A DNA stretch of 64,000 nt from assembly GCA_951406725.2 (NCBI GenBank), contig OX597817.1, positions 19,034,001 to 19,098,000 on the forward strand, read 5' to 3'. Positions 12,607 through 27,325 of this stretch are shown here, piece by piece. The translations under genes and the position numbers were made by a program. Position 1 is the stretch's first letter; each line of letters opens with the position of its first letter. This stretch comes from Octopus vulgaris (lineage: Eukaryota). Under the pieces are notes generated by a model. It was given only the letters and a program-made list of their open reading frames with translations, was not told where the DNA came from and did not search any database.

Positions 12607-12753
12607 GGGCATATGGCAGTGACCAACATCAAAAAATACCATAGGAATAAAAACCCAGGTTCAAACTTTCCCCAAGACACCTGATGAAGGCTGGAGGGTT
12701 CATGAGCCGAAACGTTGTGTTAACAACAAACGAGACGAGGACAAATAGAACTG
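12607..12753 (+). mobile_element. Family H, copy 2 (internally deleted, head-to-head with copy 1)
   Basis: GGGCATATGGC joins directly to AGTGACC, so the tRNA part was lost via GGC microhomology. The same tail follows, ending AAATAGAACTG. Confidence 0.75.
12676..12721 (+). ncRNA. Minimal type-I hammerhead ribozyme motif
   Basis: Stem I GACAC/GUGUU, core CUGAUGA (12681-12687) plus an extra A, stem II GGCU/AGCC, GAAA (12709-12712), palindromic stem III ACGU and a GUU cleavage triplet. Confidence 0.7.
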
Positions 12754-12948
12754 TATTTTTAAAATGTGTCTAGCACTATGGTGAAGAAAGAAGGATTATA
12801 TGGATTCAAACTCTTGTTTTCCCAATTTACAGATATAGATGGAGGATTGAATATTCATTAATTCTGCGGAGGCGCGGTTGTATTTATCAGTTTGAAAAAC
12901 ACTTAGATAAGAGTGTAGCTAAGAAGGACATATCCATTTTATAAGATA

Positions 12949-13345
12949 CTAGCAGTATCGCCCGGCGTTGCTCGGGTTTGTAAGGGAAATAACTATATAA
13001 GCATTTTTAGAGAGTTATAGCCAAAAAATAGCAAAAAAATGCATTAAAAATGGAGAACAAATGATGGTAATTTTTTTTTTTAAATCGTTGACTCATTGAA
13101 GACATTTTTAGAGAGTTACTTCCCTTATATAATAGCGAAAAATGCATTAAAAGGGAAAAAATGATGGTAACTTTTTTTTTAAATCGTAGACTCATCGTAG
13201 ACGCGCCCTAATACCCAGAAGGGCTCGATATGAATCACGACTATAAGATACCCGGTTTTGGTTAAACTGCACCGCAAAATGTGGAAGTAGTTAGGAATCT
13301 AAATCGTAGGAGACAGACACACAACTTCACTTTTATATATAAAGA
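12949..13345 (-). mobile_element. Non-autonomous Helitron
   Basis: The minus strand reads A|TCTTTATATATAAAAG ... hairpin CCCGAGCAACGCCGGG (12961-12976) ... CTAG|T. Canonical TC/CTAG termini at an AT target. Internal ~100-bp duplication at 13005-13195. Confidence 0.85.
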
Positions 13346-14041
13346 TATAATGTCTAAAACTTGTAGAGGACAACGTTGTGCGATATAGCATGCTGTGATT
13401 TACTGCACGAAGGTCCAGCAATGTTGTTCTTTCCCATGGAAAGTGCTTTCTTCTGCTTTTCTATTCATGACAAGTCTCAAACATTACTGTTTTTTTTTTT
13501 TGCACTTATCTCCGATAAATATTTGATACAAAAGTTCGAGCAGTGGGAGGAGCTAAATAGGCAAGTGATACTATTGGTTCCCATTGTTCTATGTGCTTAT
13601 GCTTATCTAGAATGTTTGTGTTCTTTGATTAATATTGTAATAAAATCCAGATAGTATTAGTATAAGGAACAAAATTTTTGGAATACACAATATTACTCTC
13701 AACTAAGTTGAAGCAAATATAACTGAAGATATGGATCTATAATTCCCAGTTGTAATTGAATAGTCGTGAAACTGATAACCCCTGCAGTACTAGGTCTCCT
13801 AAAAAGTATCAGAGAAGTCTTTAGCTACCATCTTTTAATTAACGAGAAGACAAAATAGCAATAATGACAAACGAGACATGGAGATTCATGTTTACTTATT
13901 GTTATCTCATTGCTTAAATTCAAGTATATACTCTGCATCTTTGCCACACGACATAACATTTCATATATACACTCAGTAGAAAATACAAGATATGGTATAT
14001 ATTGGTTTTATGTCATACACATACAGGTCAGACTATGTATA

Positions 14042-14252
14042 TATTTCTTTACTACCCACAAGGGGCTAAACACAGAGGGGACAAACAAGGACAGACAAAC
14101 GGATTAAGTCGATTATATCGACCCCAGTGCGTAACTGGTACTTAATTTATCAACCCCGAATGGATGAAAGGTAAACTCGACCTCGGAGGCAAAGTCGGCC
14201 TCGGAGGCAAAGTCGACCTCGGAGTCAAAGTCGACCTCGGAGGCAAAGTCGA
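14042..14252 (-). mobile_element. 3' half of SINE family A with an 18-bp tandem amplification
   Basis: Reverse complement of the family A tail and core. AGGCAAAGTCGACCTCGG is repeated about 4.7 times at 14169-14252. Confidence 0.85.
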
Positions 14253-15056
14253 GGTTCGTACACTATTGCAGTATGTCGCTGCTTCCACCATTTGTGGGTA
14301 TGTGCTAGAATTAACCAGGGAGACCTTCCGTGTAATATTCCAGCCAGCTCTCATTTCCGCGAAATACTTTCCTATTCACCGTGACCGTAAGGCATGAGGC
14401 CGAACAGCATCAGCCGTCACCCCAGCCATCACCTCAATGAGAGAACATGGTACATATTCCCGATGCTTTTTGAAAATTCGAGCAGCATGACCAAACAGTC
14501 TAAGATAACGTCCGCAGATCATACAAGTAACACCACTTTCTGAATATAGTCGTTAGTTGGATGTGAAAACGTAGTCCACAATTCTGCAACTCCAAGGACT
14601 TCAGGTAGCCCCTAAGGGCTCTGGACAGTGTCGAAGTTTTGCAACTATAGAATAGCAGAAGGAGAACTCAGACATGAAGATCCGAATCTTTGTCCTTCCG
14701 CTTAGCTACGAGATCTCAGACTCGCAGCTATTGCTACTATGGATCATGCTGTCGAGATATGTGAAGCATTCGGCAACTGCAACATTCTCAAATGAAACAT
14801 AGACAGACGAGGAGTCGACAAGGAAGCCAGCGAAAGATTGGATGTTTGTTTTCACCCAAGAAATCGTAAGGCCAAGTGGTTCTGCTTCCTTATTCCTTAA
14901 GACATACAGAGACTCGACAAAAATAAGAGCATCATTAGCGAAATCGAGGTCACTGATCCTGGACTCTCCAACGAGCACACCACAACTCAATCGAACCACC
15001 ATCCAGCCAAATATCCAGTTCATGCAGGCATTGAACAGAGCGGAAGCCATACACAT
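14253..15056 (-). mobile_element. 5'-truncated RTE-clade LINE (RT and C-terminus)
   Basis: ORF 14706-15056 reads LFNACMNW..ISDLDFANDALIF..LGLTISWVKT..FTYLDS, matching the DLDFADD, LGLxxSWxKT and FTYLGS motifs. The C-terminus VEAATYCNSV is near 14260. Confidence 0.85.
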
Positions 15057-15287
15057 ACAGAAGCAAAAAAATTATTTGTAATCAGTTTTGAATTAATTAT
15101 TCGACTACACTGTTTAAAGAGAACCATCGATATCAGATGAAACAAAATCCAAATTAATGTTGATGAGGCATAAAATCTTTTCTTCATCGAAGAATAATAA
15201 AAAAAATATCTTATAATTACAACCACAAACCTAAATAACTTATGTAAGAATATCTAACAAGTTATCATTCCCAAATTCTGAACTGTT

Positions 15288-15476
15288 GGGCTAAACAAGG
15301 ACAGATAGACGGATTAAGTCGATTATATCGACCCCTGTGTGTAACAGGTACTTATTTAATCGACCCCGAAAGGATAAAAGGCAAAGTCAACCTCGGCGGA
15401 ACTTGAACTCAGAACGTAACGGCAGACGAAATACCGCTTAGCATTTCACCCGGCGTGTTAACGATTCTGCAAGCTC
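15288..15476 (-). mobile_element. SINE family A copy
   Basis: Reverse complement of the family A head, core and partial tail. Confidence 0.85.
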
Positions 15477-15985
15477 TCATTTCATTTGTACCTTGGCAAT
15501 GTATTATACAATTTCCTAAATATACCTGCTTGTTCCAGTCCTAATTAATTCCATTTCGAATCTGTTACACCCTGCATATTTCCTTAATCAATAGCTTGCT
15601 GTTAGAATGGCGATGTGCAGATTCGGTTTCCACATTAAATGCCTGAAAGTATTTTGTTGTAGTTAATTCAACGTTTTATCATTCTGGGTCGATGAACTGA
15701 AATATATGTCAAACATTGTTGCCACTCTAAAACTCAATATATTTTCCCGAAAAGTTTGGCCTTGCTCTTATGTCAGAATATATTAATAATATTTTTTAAC
15801 GTTATTATCATTTGAGAGAAGAAACTCAAAATTTGCTGTCGCTCAAAAACATTGCATTAATTAGATATCTCAGATTAGTTTCATTCTGAAGTTTATTTCT
15901 CATCCCGCTTCAGAGAAAATATGTAGCACTAAAGTATGTGAGATGATTTAATCGACTATATACTCTCCCTCAGCTTCTTCATTCT

Positions 15986-15987
<2 letters not shown>

Positions 15988-16065
<78 letters not shown>

Positions 16066-16116
16066 ATATATATATATGTATTTATATATATATATATTTA
16101 TATATATATATATATA
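15988..16116. repeat. (TA)n microsatellite
   Basis: Read directly. Confidence 0.95.
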
Positions 16117-16949
16117 TTAGCAATCATTACTACTAGGATTATATTTATATTGCATTATTGCATTATGTTCAGAATTACATCTTACTGTCTTACATCGTGT
16201 ATTTTCTCTCTTTCTAAAATGGACACAAGACATAAATTTATATGTACTCAGAATGTATGGCATTGTTCTATCAATAGAGTATTTGTAGTATGCACTTGCT
16301 ACTTTTATGGCTTCACACTTTAGATTGAACCCAATAAAAATGTCTCACAGTAAAGATTTTGAAGACAAGTACTTATTCTATTGCTGTGCCTTTGTCGAAG
16401 GTAGGAGATGCAAACACGGGTACATCAAATAGGCACACACATACAGAAATAAATTAACATGTTATGATATAATGCCCCACACACACACACACACACACAC
16501 ACAAACACTCTCAAGCACGCATATATATATATATATCTAAATTTAATATACACTGCATAAAGATACTAGCTACTGATAGTTTCTTGGTGTGATGACACGT
16601 GTCTAGACAGATTTTCATAAAACGCCTTGTATCGTGAAGCAATCTTCTGTGTCTGTGCACATGGTCAGTTGTATTTGAAAAATCAAGACTCTGATACATG
16701 AGAAATCACGAGACAAAATGCGAAATTCGATGCAAAGAAGTGGAAGGGCGAAAAGTGAAAAAGAAAGGAAATTAATTAAATAATTAAATAATTAAACTAA
16801 TGGTTGTAGTAGAATAAATCAGCGGGGAACAATACAAGATCTGCAAGACAACAGTTCAAAGCGGAGTAGGTGGTGTCCTCCAGTTCGTGCAAATGATGTA
16901 TCGCTCACGGCGGCGCTGGGGAGAATATAGTTCAATACTTTAAGGCAGT

Positions 16950-19560
<2,611 letters not shown>

Positions 19561-19587
19561 CTTAGTGTAAAGTGTTATGTTGCGGAG

Positions 19588-19645
<58 letters not shown>

Positions 19646-19860
19646 ATATACACGAATCCCGTGTATCAAATTTCACTATCACGCATTTGGATTACTCCTG
19701 GTAACAGGAGGAATCAACTTGCTCAAAGTGACTCGTATGTGGACCAATCTCTAAACTACACAGGAAGTGAGCTCATTCGATAAAGTAACAATGATTTACT
19801 GGACTTGATTTAATATTTTGTTCTATAACTTCAACTTAGGTTGCATTGTACATTTAATAC

Positions 19861-20030
19861 AAGGCGAGCTGGCAGAATCGTTTGCACACTGAACAACATG
19901 CTTAACGGCATTTCGCCCGTGTTTACGTTTTGAGTTCCATTTATTCCGAGGTCGATTTTTACCTGTCATTCTTTTGGGATTCATAGAGTTGAGTACGAGT
20001 CAACTACCAAGCTCAGTTGATAATGGATAA
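19861..20030 (+). mobile_element. Degenerate SINE family A copy
   Basis: AAGGCGAGCTGGCAGAATCGTT..GAGTTCCA..CCGAGGTCGA matches the family A head and core. Confidence 0.65.
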
Positions 20031-20456
20031 TCACTTTTCAAAACTGTCTTGTGTTTAAAACAGAAACCGTTATTTAAATGTTTATTGCAACGAAAAGACT
20101 CTCAGAAAGCCGTATCGTTAGAAAATTTCGAAAACCACCTTTAGGTAGTTGTTCCAACACCTTACATTCTGATTTCGTATCGGGTCAAGCTCAATTTTGC
20201 TTCTCACTCTTTCGGGGCCGATAGCTATTGTGTACTAGGGTTTGTGGTATTAATTAACTACTTTATTCAGAATTCCTGCTTATTTTGGAATATTGGTGAT
20301 TTTTGGCTCATACACACAGATCTATTATTCTAAAAGAAGGATAAATTTTACTCCACTCATCTGCCACTATTTCTCTCTATCTCTCTCACTCATTCTCACA
20401 CACACGCGCACGTATATGCATGCATATATATGAAACCAAGAAAATATGGGAGAAAA

Positions 20457-21080
20457 AAGGCGGTGAGCTGGCAGAAATGTTAGCACACCTGTCGAAAGGC
20501 TTAGCAGTATTTCGTCTGCCGCTACGTTCTGGTCAACCGCCGAGGTCAACTTTGCCTTTCATCCTTTCGGAGTCGATTAAATAAGTGCCAGTTACGCACT
20601 GGGGTCTATATAATCGACTAAATCCGTTTGTCTGTCCTTGTTCGTCCTCTCTGTGTTTAGCCCCTTGTGGGTAGTAAAGAAATAGGTATTTTAGGCGGTG
20701 TGCTGGCAGAAACGTTAGCACGTCGGGTGAAATGCTTAGCTGTATTTCGTCTGCCGTTACGTTGTGAGTTCAAATTCCGCCGAGGTCGACTTTGCCTTTC
20801 ATCCTTTCGGGGTCGATTAAATAAGCACGAGTTACGCAGTGGGGTCGATATAATCGACTAATCCGTTTGTCTGTCCTTGTTTGTCCTCTCTGTGTTTAGC
20901 TCCTTGTGGGTAGTAAAGAAATAGGTATTTCGTCTGTCTTTACATTCTGAGTTCAAATTCCACCGAGGTCGACTTTGCCTTTCCTCCTTTCGGGGTCGAT
21001 AAATTAAGTACCAGTTTCGTACTGTGGTCGATCTAATCGACTGGCCCCCCTCTCCCAAATTTTGGGGAGTAGAAAAGAAT
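20457..21080 (+). mobile_element. SINE family A multimer (three units)
   Basis: Two headed units (20457, 20693) and a headless third unit from 20924 that ends in an alternative tail ...GAGTAGAAAAGAAT. Confidence 0.9.
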
Positions 21081-21461
21081 GCGGGAGATAAAATTATACG
21101 TGTGAAAATAGAATATATTCAAATAGTTTTAGGGTGTTTTCTTCTGTTTTTGGCTACACAAAGAATCTTGGCTTAAACGTTACATTTTGAAAGATTGTGT
21201 TAACAAGTATTTCTATCGTAGTGACATTGAAATCAGTTTTTAATTTTGCTGAAGCATAATGCAAAATCTCCTTAAATAATGATCTTCATAAATATCTACT
21301 GCTACGAACAATCTTTTCTAGCTTCTCCTCGTCGAGAGCATTCTCTTTTATGACAATGAATACTATTTCACTGAAATCTTATAGCCCAGGGCGGAATGAT
21401 TTTTACTTGAAATGTCAGGCATCTTTGCTGTTCTAGATCTTCAAAGAACAAAACCAAGAAA

Positions 21462-21514
<53 letters not shown>

Positions 21515-21840
21515 AGAAGAAACAAAATCAAAAACACAACAGAAGAAAGAATAGGATAAATGAAGCAGAAAAAATCTGAATGTACGAAATATTTAATGTC
21601 AGTATCTATCAAACGAATCTTTCACCAATCATCATGTTTGATATATTTTATTTGATGATTCATCTTGATATATTATATCGATATTGAATCAATTTATACA
21701 CACTATATATCATGTTCCATTCTAAGAATACTTAAAGATATCTCGCTGTTTATTTTCTTAAATGCTGTTATTGAATTTACGACAAGCAAACAAATATATG
21801 ATATGTATATATGTATACGCGTGTATGAGTGAATACATAT

Positions 21841-21914
<74 letters not shown>

Positions 21915-21946
21915 ATAGGTATGTGCGTATGTATGTATGTATGTTT

Positions 21947-22018
<72 letters not shown>

Positions 22019-22637
22019 AATAGAGAGAGAGAAAGAGAAAGGGAGAATGAGAGATAGAAATTCTGATATATAGCCTGAGTTAGCGAAATCTCAACAGGCT
22101 GTATCGCGTGTTCTGAATTTCAAAACCCCTTTAGGTAGATGAATGAAGGGAAAAAAATGACATACGGAATAAGATACAGGCTCTTATTGTATATTCACAA
22201 TAGCAATCAATGTAAATGTTCAAATCCCGTTGCAAGAATTTTGAGTTTATAATAAAGTAAAGAACTAAATACTGGAAAGCGTAGCTGAGTTTCTGATGCA
22301 GATTTAAATGCAATTATAGTGATATTACTTCGCCTTGTCCTCATGCTTGAGATACTTGACTTAGGTTCTTAGTCCTTGTGAAGGTTCTGGTTAGAAATAA
22401 ACTTAGTTATATTGACATGTACACGATAATGTCGGATATTTTACATATGACGGTAACAGAATGATGTGAATGAAAGAGTGCGCGTGAGGAAACAATGATT
22501 AGGGCAAAGATTTAGAAATAAAATTGGAAGAAGAAAGTAAAAAAAAGAGGAATGTTGAGAGGATATTTCTAAGTTTTATTATAAACGCAAATACATATCC
22601 AAGGAACCAGGACGACTAAACATGAGATACCTTGCAA

Positions 22638-22683
<46 letters not shown>

Positions 22684-22688
<5 letters not shown>

Positions 22689-22990
22689 GAAATGAAGAAA
22701 ATGCTGACAAATAATTGAAGTAATTTAAGTAATTTAATTAAGTGAAAGTTCTTTTTACCGGTTGCGCATTTGTTATACTTATCAAAATATAAAAGAGAGA
22801 TTAGAGTTCCTTTCTTATAGAATTTTTCCTCTTATCAGATAAGAGGAAAAATTCTATAAGAAAGGAACTCTAATCTCTCTTTTATATTTTGATAAGCATA
22901 ACAAATGCGCAACCGGTAAAAAGAACTTTCACCTAATTAAATTACTTAAATTACTTCAATTATTTGTCAGCATTTTCTTCATTTCCTTTT
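22684..22990. repeat. Near-perfect 307-bp palindrome (153-bp arms), probable inverted Penelope-like pseudo-LTR remnant
   Basis: The centre is at 22837 (CTTATC-A-GATAAG), and about 2 mismatches were seen by eye. It is flanked by (TA)n. Each arm holds a decayed hammerhead motif (22889-22918 on +). Confidence 0.9.
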
Positions 22991-23026
22991 TATATATCAC
23001 CACTCGTGTTCGACATCTCCTTTTTT

Positions 23027-23061
<35 letters not shown>

Positions 23062-23062
<1 letters not shown>

Positions 23063-23120
23063 GGCGGTGCCCCAGCATGACCACAGCTCATAAGCTGAAA
23101 CTGGAAAAATCAAAATCAAA
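23062..23120 (+). mobile_element. Isolated 3' tail related to SINE family D
   Basis: GGCGGTGCCCCAGCATGACCACAG..CTGAAAC plus a short-repeat tail matches the reverse complement of 59365-59422. Confidence 0.6.
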
Positions 23121-23497
23121 TAAGCTACGTAGTAAAAATTCTGCATTGCTTTTAAGGGTTCGTTGGATTTTGCATTAATTTAGACATCTAAGTTATTTAT
23201 TTATTGTTAAATATAATAACATATCATTTACAAGTTTGTCGTGACATTAGAATTTTCTTATTGTAAAATAAAATTTCATCAAAGTATTTCTCCGTCATTT
23301 ATGATTTTATACACTCCTTATCGTTTTCTCTTATATCGTACTATATATTTTATATGTACGTATGTATGTATGTATGTATGTATGTATGTATGGATGTATG
23401 TATGTATGTATGTATGTATGCACGTATTTATATATATACATATGCATGTATACATATATGCATATATATATGCATGTATACACACACACACACATAC

Positions 23498-23552
<55 letters not shown>

Positions 23553-24206
23553 AAAGAGGGTTTGAAAATGCAGAGGACTTATTAAAGATGTTTATTGACT
23601 TGACCAGTTTCACTTTTTTTAAATAAAGATTATGAAAAGATTTACTTTATGCCATTAGGTGGGAAGGCTGCCAAAAAGATTGCATAGAGCAGACACGCCT
23701 TAGCCTCACAGATAAGATGACAGTCCACCGCCAACAATTGAGGGACCCCAACACAAGACAGATACCATTTAGTGGCCATTTAGATCTCTATGCACAAAAC
23801 AAGTCCCCCAAATTCCTAGTTTTCCCACAGTACCAATGCCCAGAAACACCACTGACGAAACAGGAATAAATAAGAAAAATATACTTATTCAAAAATACAG
23901 GCCACAACTCAAAATATCCCCCCCCCAGGTACACATCCACAATAAACACACACCGATGTACAAATACACACACAAATATAATGCAAACCTCCCACAAAAC
24001 ACACACACATACATATACACACGCACAAACACATTATCCCCACGCTCGAGCACAAACCCACACACATCCTACAAATAAAACGTACATATATACACATGCA
24101 ATACGATTCTAGCAATCACAACCAACACAGCATATGGGAACCTGTATTAAAGAAGGATAGGAGAATATTAGATATATAAGCCCTAATATTCACTCCATAA
24201 TTGCCC

Positions 24207-24273
24207 ATGGTGCAATGGTTAAGAGAGCGGGCTACTGACCCCAAGATTCCGAGTTCGATTCCAAGCAGTGACA

Positions 24274-24337
<64 letters not shown>

Positions 24338-24508
24338 CCTGCAAGGTCATGTGCTGTTTATCTTGATATGAGATCACCATGTCGCGCACATATGGTTGTG
24401 ATGCATGTGCCTGGTGTACCCTTATCAGACGGGTAGTCATGATGGGTATATTGGGCTTCGTATATTTTACCACAGTGTCACTTTGATGGCATGAACTGCT
24501 CTCTCATG

Positions 24509-24575
<67 letters not shown>

Positions 24576-24767
24576 GCAACAACAACAACATCGAACAACA
24601 CCTTAGGAATGAGAACACAGGTTCGAAATTTCCCCAATGCACCTTATGAAGCCTGGAGAGTATGTCAGCCGAAACGTTGTGTTAACAACAAACAAGATGA
24701 GGACAAATATCTGTCAATTGTAAATAATGTAAATAATGTGCCTAATTCGTCATCTCTTAAATATAGA
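24207..24767 (+). mobile_element. Family H, copy 3 (near full length; family E inserted in its internal AAT tract)
   Basis: A box TGGTGCAATGG (24208-24218), B box GTTCGATTCC (24253-24262), then (AAT)n. The tail has a mutated hammerhead core CTTATGA..CAGCCGAAACGTTGTGTT (24643-24683). Confidence 0.8.
24337..24506 (+). mobile_element. Family E, copy 3 (5'-truncated) in (AAT)n
   Basis: Matches 4038-4200 and 4608-4770, with (AAT)n on both sides. Confidence 0.85.
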
Positions 24768-25358
24768 GTTGAGGGAAACACTGAGAGAAAAACTGCGACA
24801 ATGACAATATTCAATGATGAGGACTAGTTCTTTTCGCATATATGTTGCCCATGTTCAGAGAGTAGGATTGGATTTTTACAAATTGTTTAACCACTATAAA
24901 ACTTTGTCATGCACTGGCATTGCTTGGAAAAGTGAGACCTATCACAAAAATTGCTGATACGAACATTTATCACGTGGCAGCAATATTCGAACACGAGTAT
25001 ATAACCATCAAGTATGGATGTATATATGTATTTATATATGCATGTATGTATGCATGTGCGTTTGTGTATTTTTATTTATACACATATACATGCGTGCATG
25101 CATATGTATATGAGCTAAGATATCTATATCTTTGTTACTTAAGATTCCGTTAAAAGAAAGGTCCTGTGCCCTTGGGCTCTGCAGGCTTTTTGAGATAAAT
25201 GCGATTAATGCATTCAGATTGAAAGTATGTGAGCTTATGTAGGTTGAGCTATCGTTGTTAGAACTTACCGGCTGCATCTTTTTAGAGGAATATTATTGTA
25301 TATAATTACATTAGAAAATAGAAGTTTTAACTTCATTATGAATGGAAGTGTCATACTA

Positions 25359-25432
<74 letters not shown>

Positions 25433-27149
25433 CAATATTATTACATATTACTATTCTAAGATTAAATCAGTATTATTTTATTACGATTGGGTATGTCGGA
25501 GAATGAGATTCTATTCAATACACAGTTGATCTATTTAATTTTAACTCCTAAAACTTTTTGAAAGTCTACAAAGTGCACAATTCCCTCCCTCCCTACCTAT
25601 AACACATTTGTCCCAATATTTCAAATTATTTTCATTACCATGCATAACTACTGCTAGTAAAGACATAAAATATTGTAAAAAGAAAATATCTTATACGAGC
25701 CATTGTCATGTTTTTAGGTTCCCACATTTCCCGGTTTCACAGTTTCAATTTGAGGAGACAAGACATGCGATAACAGTTAGCCCGGTATTTATTATAATTT
25801 TTTTTTTTCATTATTGAATTAAAAATAATCTCTCATATGTCCGCCAATGAACTAAATGGTGCGAAATATCATATTACCATGAAGATCTTTTTCCAGGCTA
25901 TAAATTCTGTCTACAATCCAAGAGGTTTCCTGGTTCACATACCGGTGTATGTAACGTATTTTTATATATATATCTCTTTCATAAGAGACACTATTCAGAA
26001 TACATAAGCAAAACAATGTAAATCAACATACACTCATTCGGTGACTGACATAATTCAGATATTCGTGAAATTTCAGTGCCCTCAAGTACACCAATTCAGA
26101 TAAAGGAAAATGCGATTCAAATACTACTGCTTGTGTTCTACGTTCACTTAATAGCACGTTCCAATCATAGAAATATTATTCCCTTGAAACATCAACAGGC
26201 ATTAGTTATATTTTTACCAGCTAATACAGACACATTTATAACTTACTTTACTTGCAAGTTGAGCAATAAAAAATAGCAGTACACAAATAAGATATTGCAT
26301 TTCCTAACTGCTAACCTCACTATATAGAACTTATGCATATGTAAAATAAGCTAGGATTAATATAACAGATAGGCTAGTTTCATGACTTTAGATATATTTA
26401 CGTTAATATGTAATGTACTTAATGCCATGACAGTAAGTGCATACCTAAAATATTTTGCTTCATAATTACTATTCATTGGATATACGCTTTATGAAAACCG
26501 ATTTTTTTTTAGTGAGATTTGGCTGATGTTATTCGAGTCTGGTTATCATCGTTTAATTATTTCTCACTGGGAAGGTTCATTCAAACTTGTGAAGGTTGGC
26601 ATTGTAAAGAGCAAACCAATATATTTTGTGCAGACAAATATTTTACCACGAAGCCAGGTTCCATTATCGAATACTAGCGAAAAACTTTATTCTCAGTAAC
26701 GTGGACATATGTTTATGCAATTTGTGTTTTTTCTGATTCTATGAATGTTATTCTACTACTTTATAGAATAGTATAAAGTTAAAAAAAAAAAGAAAACAAT
26801 AAAACTCTTATATTAGTAGGAATACACTCACTCACACGCACACGTGCGCGCATAAATAAGAAGTTTTTCGAAGAAGTTAAAATTAAAAGTTGACAATCAC
26901 TTCGGAAATTTAGTTTGCTGGCCTTCATCGAAATGTATGGATGTATGCATATGCATATTTTGATTCGGAATTTATTATAGACTTTGGCAGGTTGTCTTTT
27001 TGGTAGGCGGATGAATATGGAGCAATGTGGTGTCGGTAGACAGTGAAAGTAATTATGAGGCAAAGGGGTATAAAAGCATGTTGCGAGATTTATTTTGATT
27101 TTGTATTGTTTAGGGCTCAGTGTAGCGTAGAACTAATGGTGAAGATACT

Positions 27150-27325
27150 GAGGTAATAGTATACATTGAACTTGATTGTACTTGATCGAGATTTCTTTCA
27201 TCGACCTCGAAAACAAGAAGGGCGAAGTTGACCTAGGTTGAATCTGAACTCAGACTGTACAATCAGGAACAAATACTGCAAAGCATTTTTTTCCGAACGG
27301 TCTTACATTTCTGCCAGCCCGATAC
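27150..27325 (-). mobile_element. Degenerate SINE family A copy
   Basis: ATCGACCTCGAAA..GGCGAAGTTGACCT..TGAACTCAGA..TTCTGCCAGC is the reverse complement of the family A core and head. Confidence 0.55.

Noticed and set aside
14169-14252. 18-bp repeats as a CRISPR array
   Set aside because: There are no spacers or cas genes, the context is eukaryotic, and the unit is a piece of the SINE core.
24207-24272. tRNA gene (also the heads at 8470-8541, 48134-48210 and 59730-59799)
   Set aside because: A/B boxes are present but there is no acceptor stem or cloverleaf, and each continues into a SINE body.
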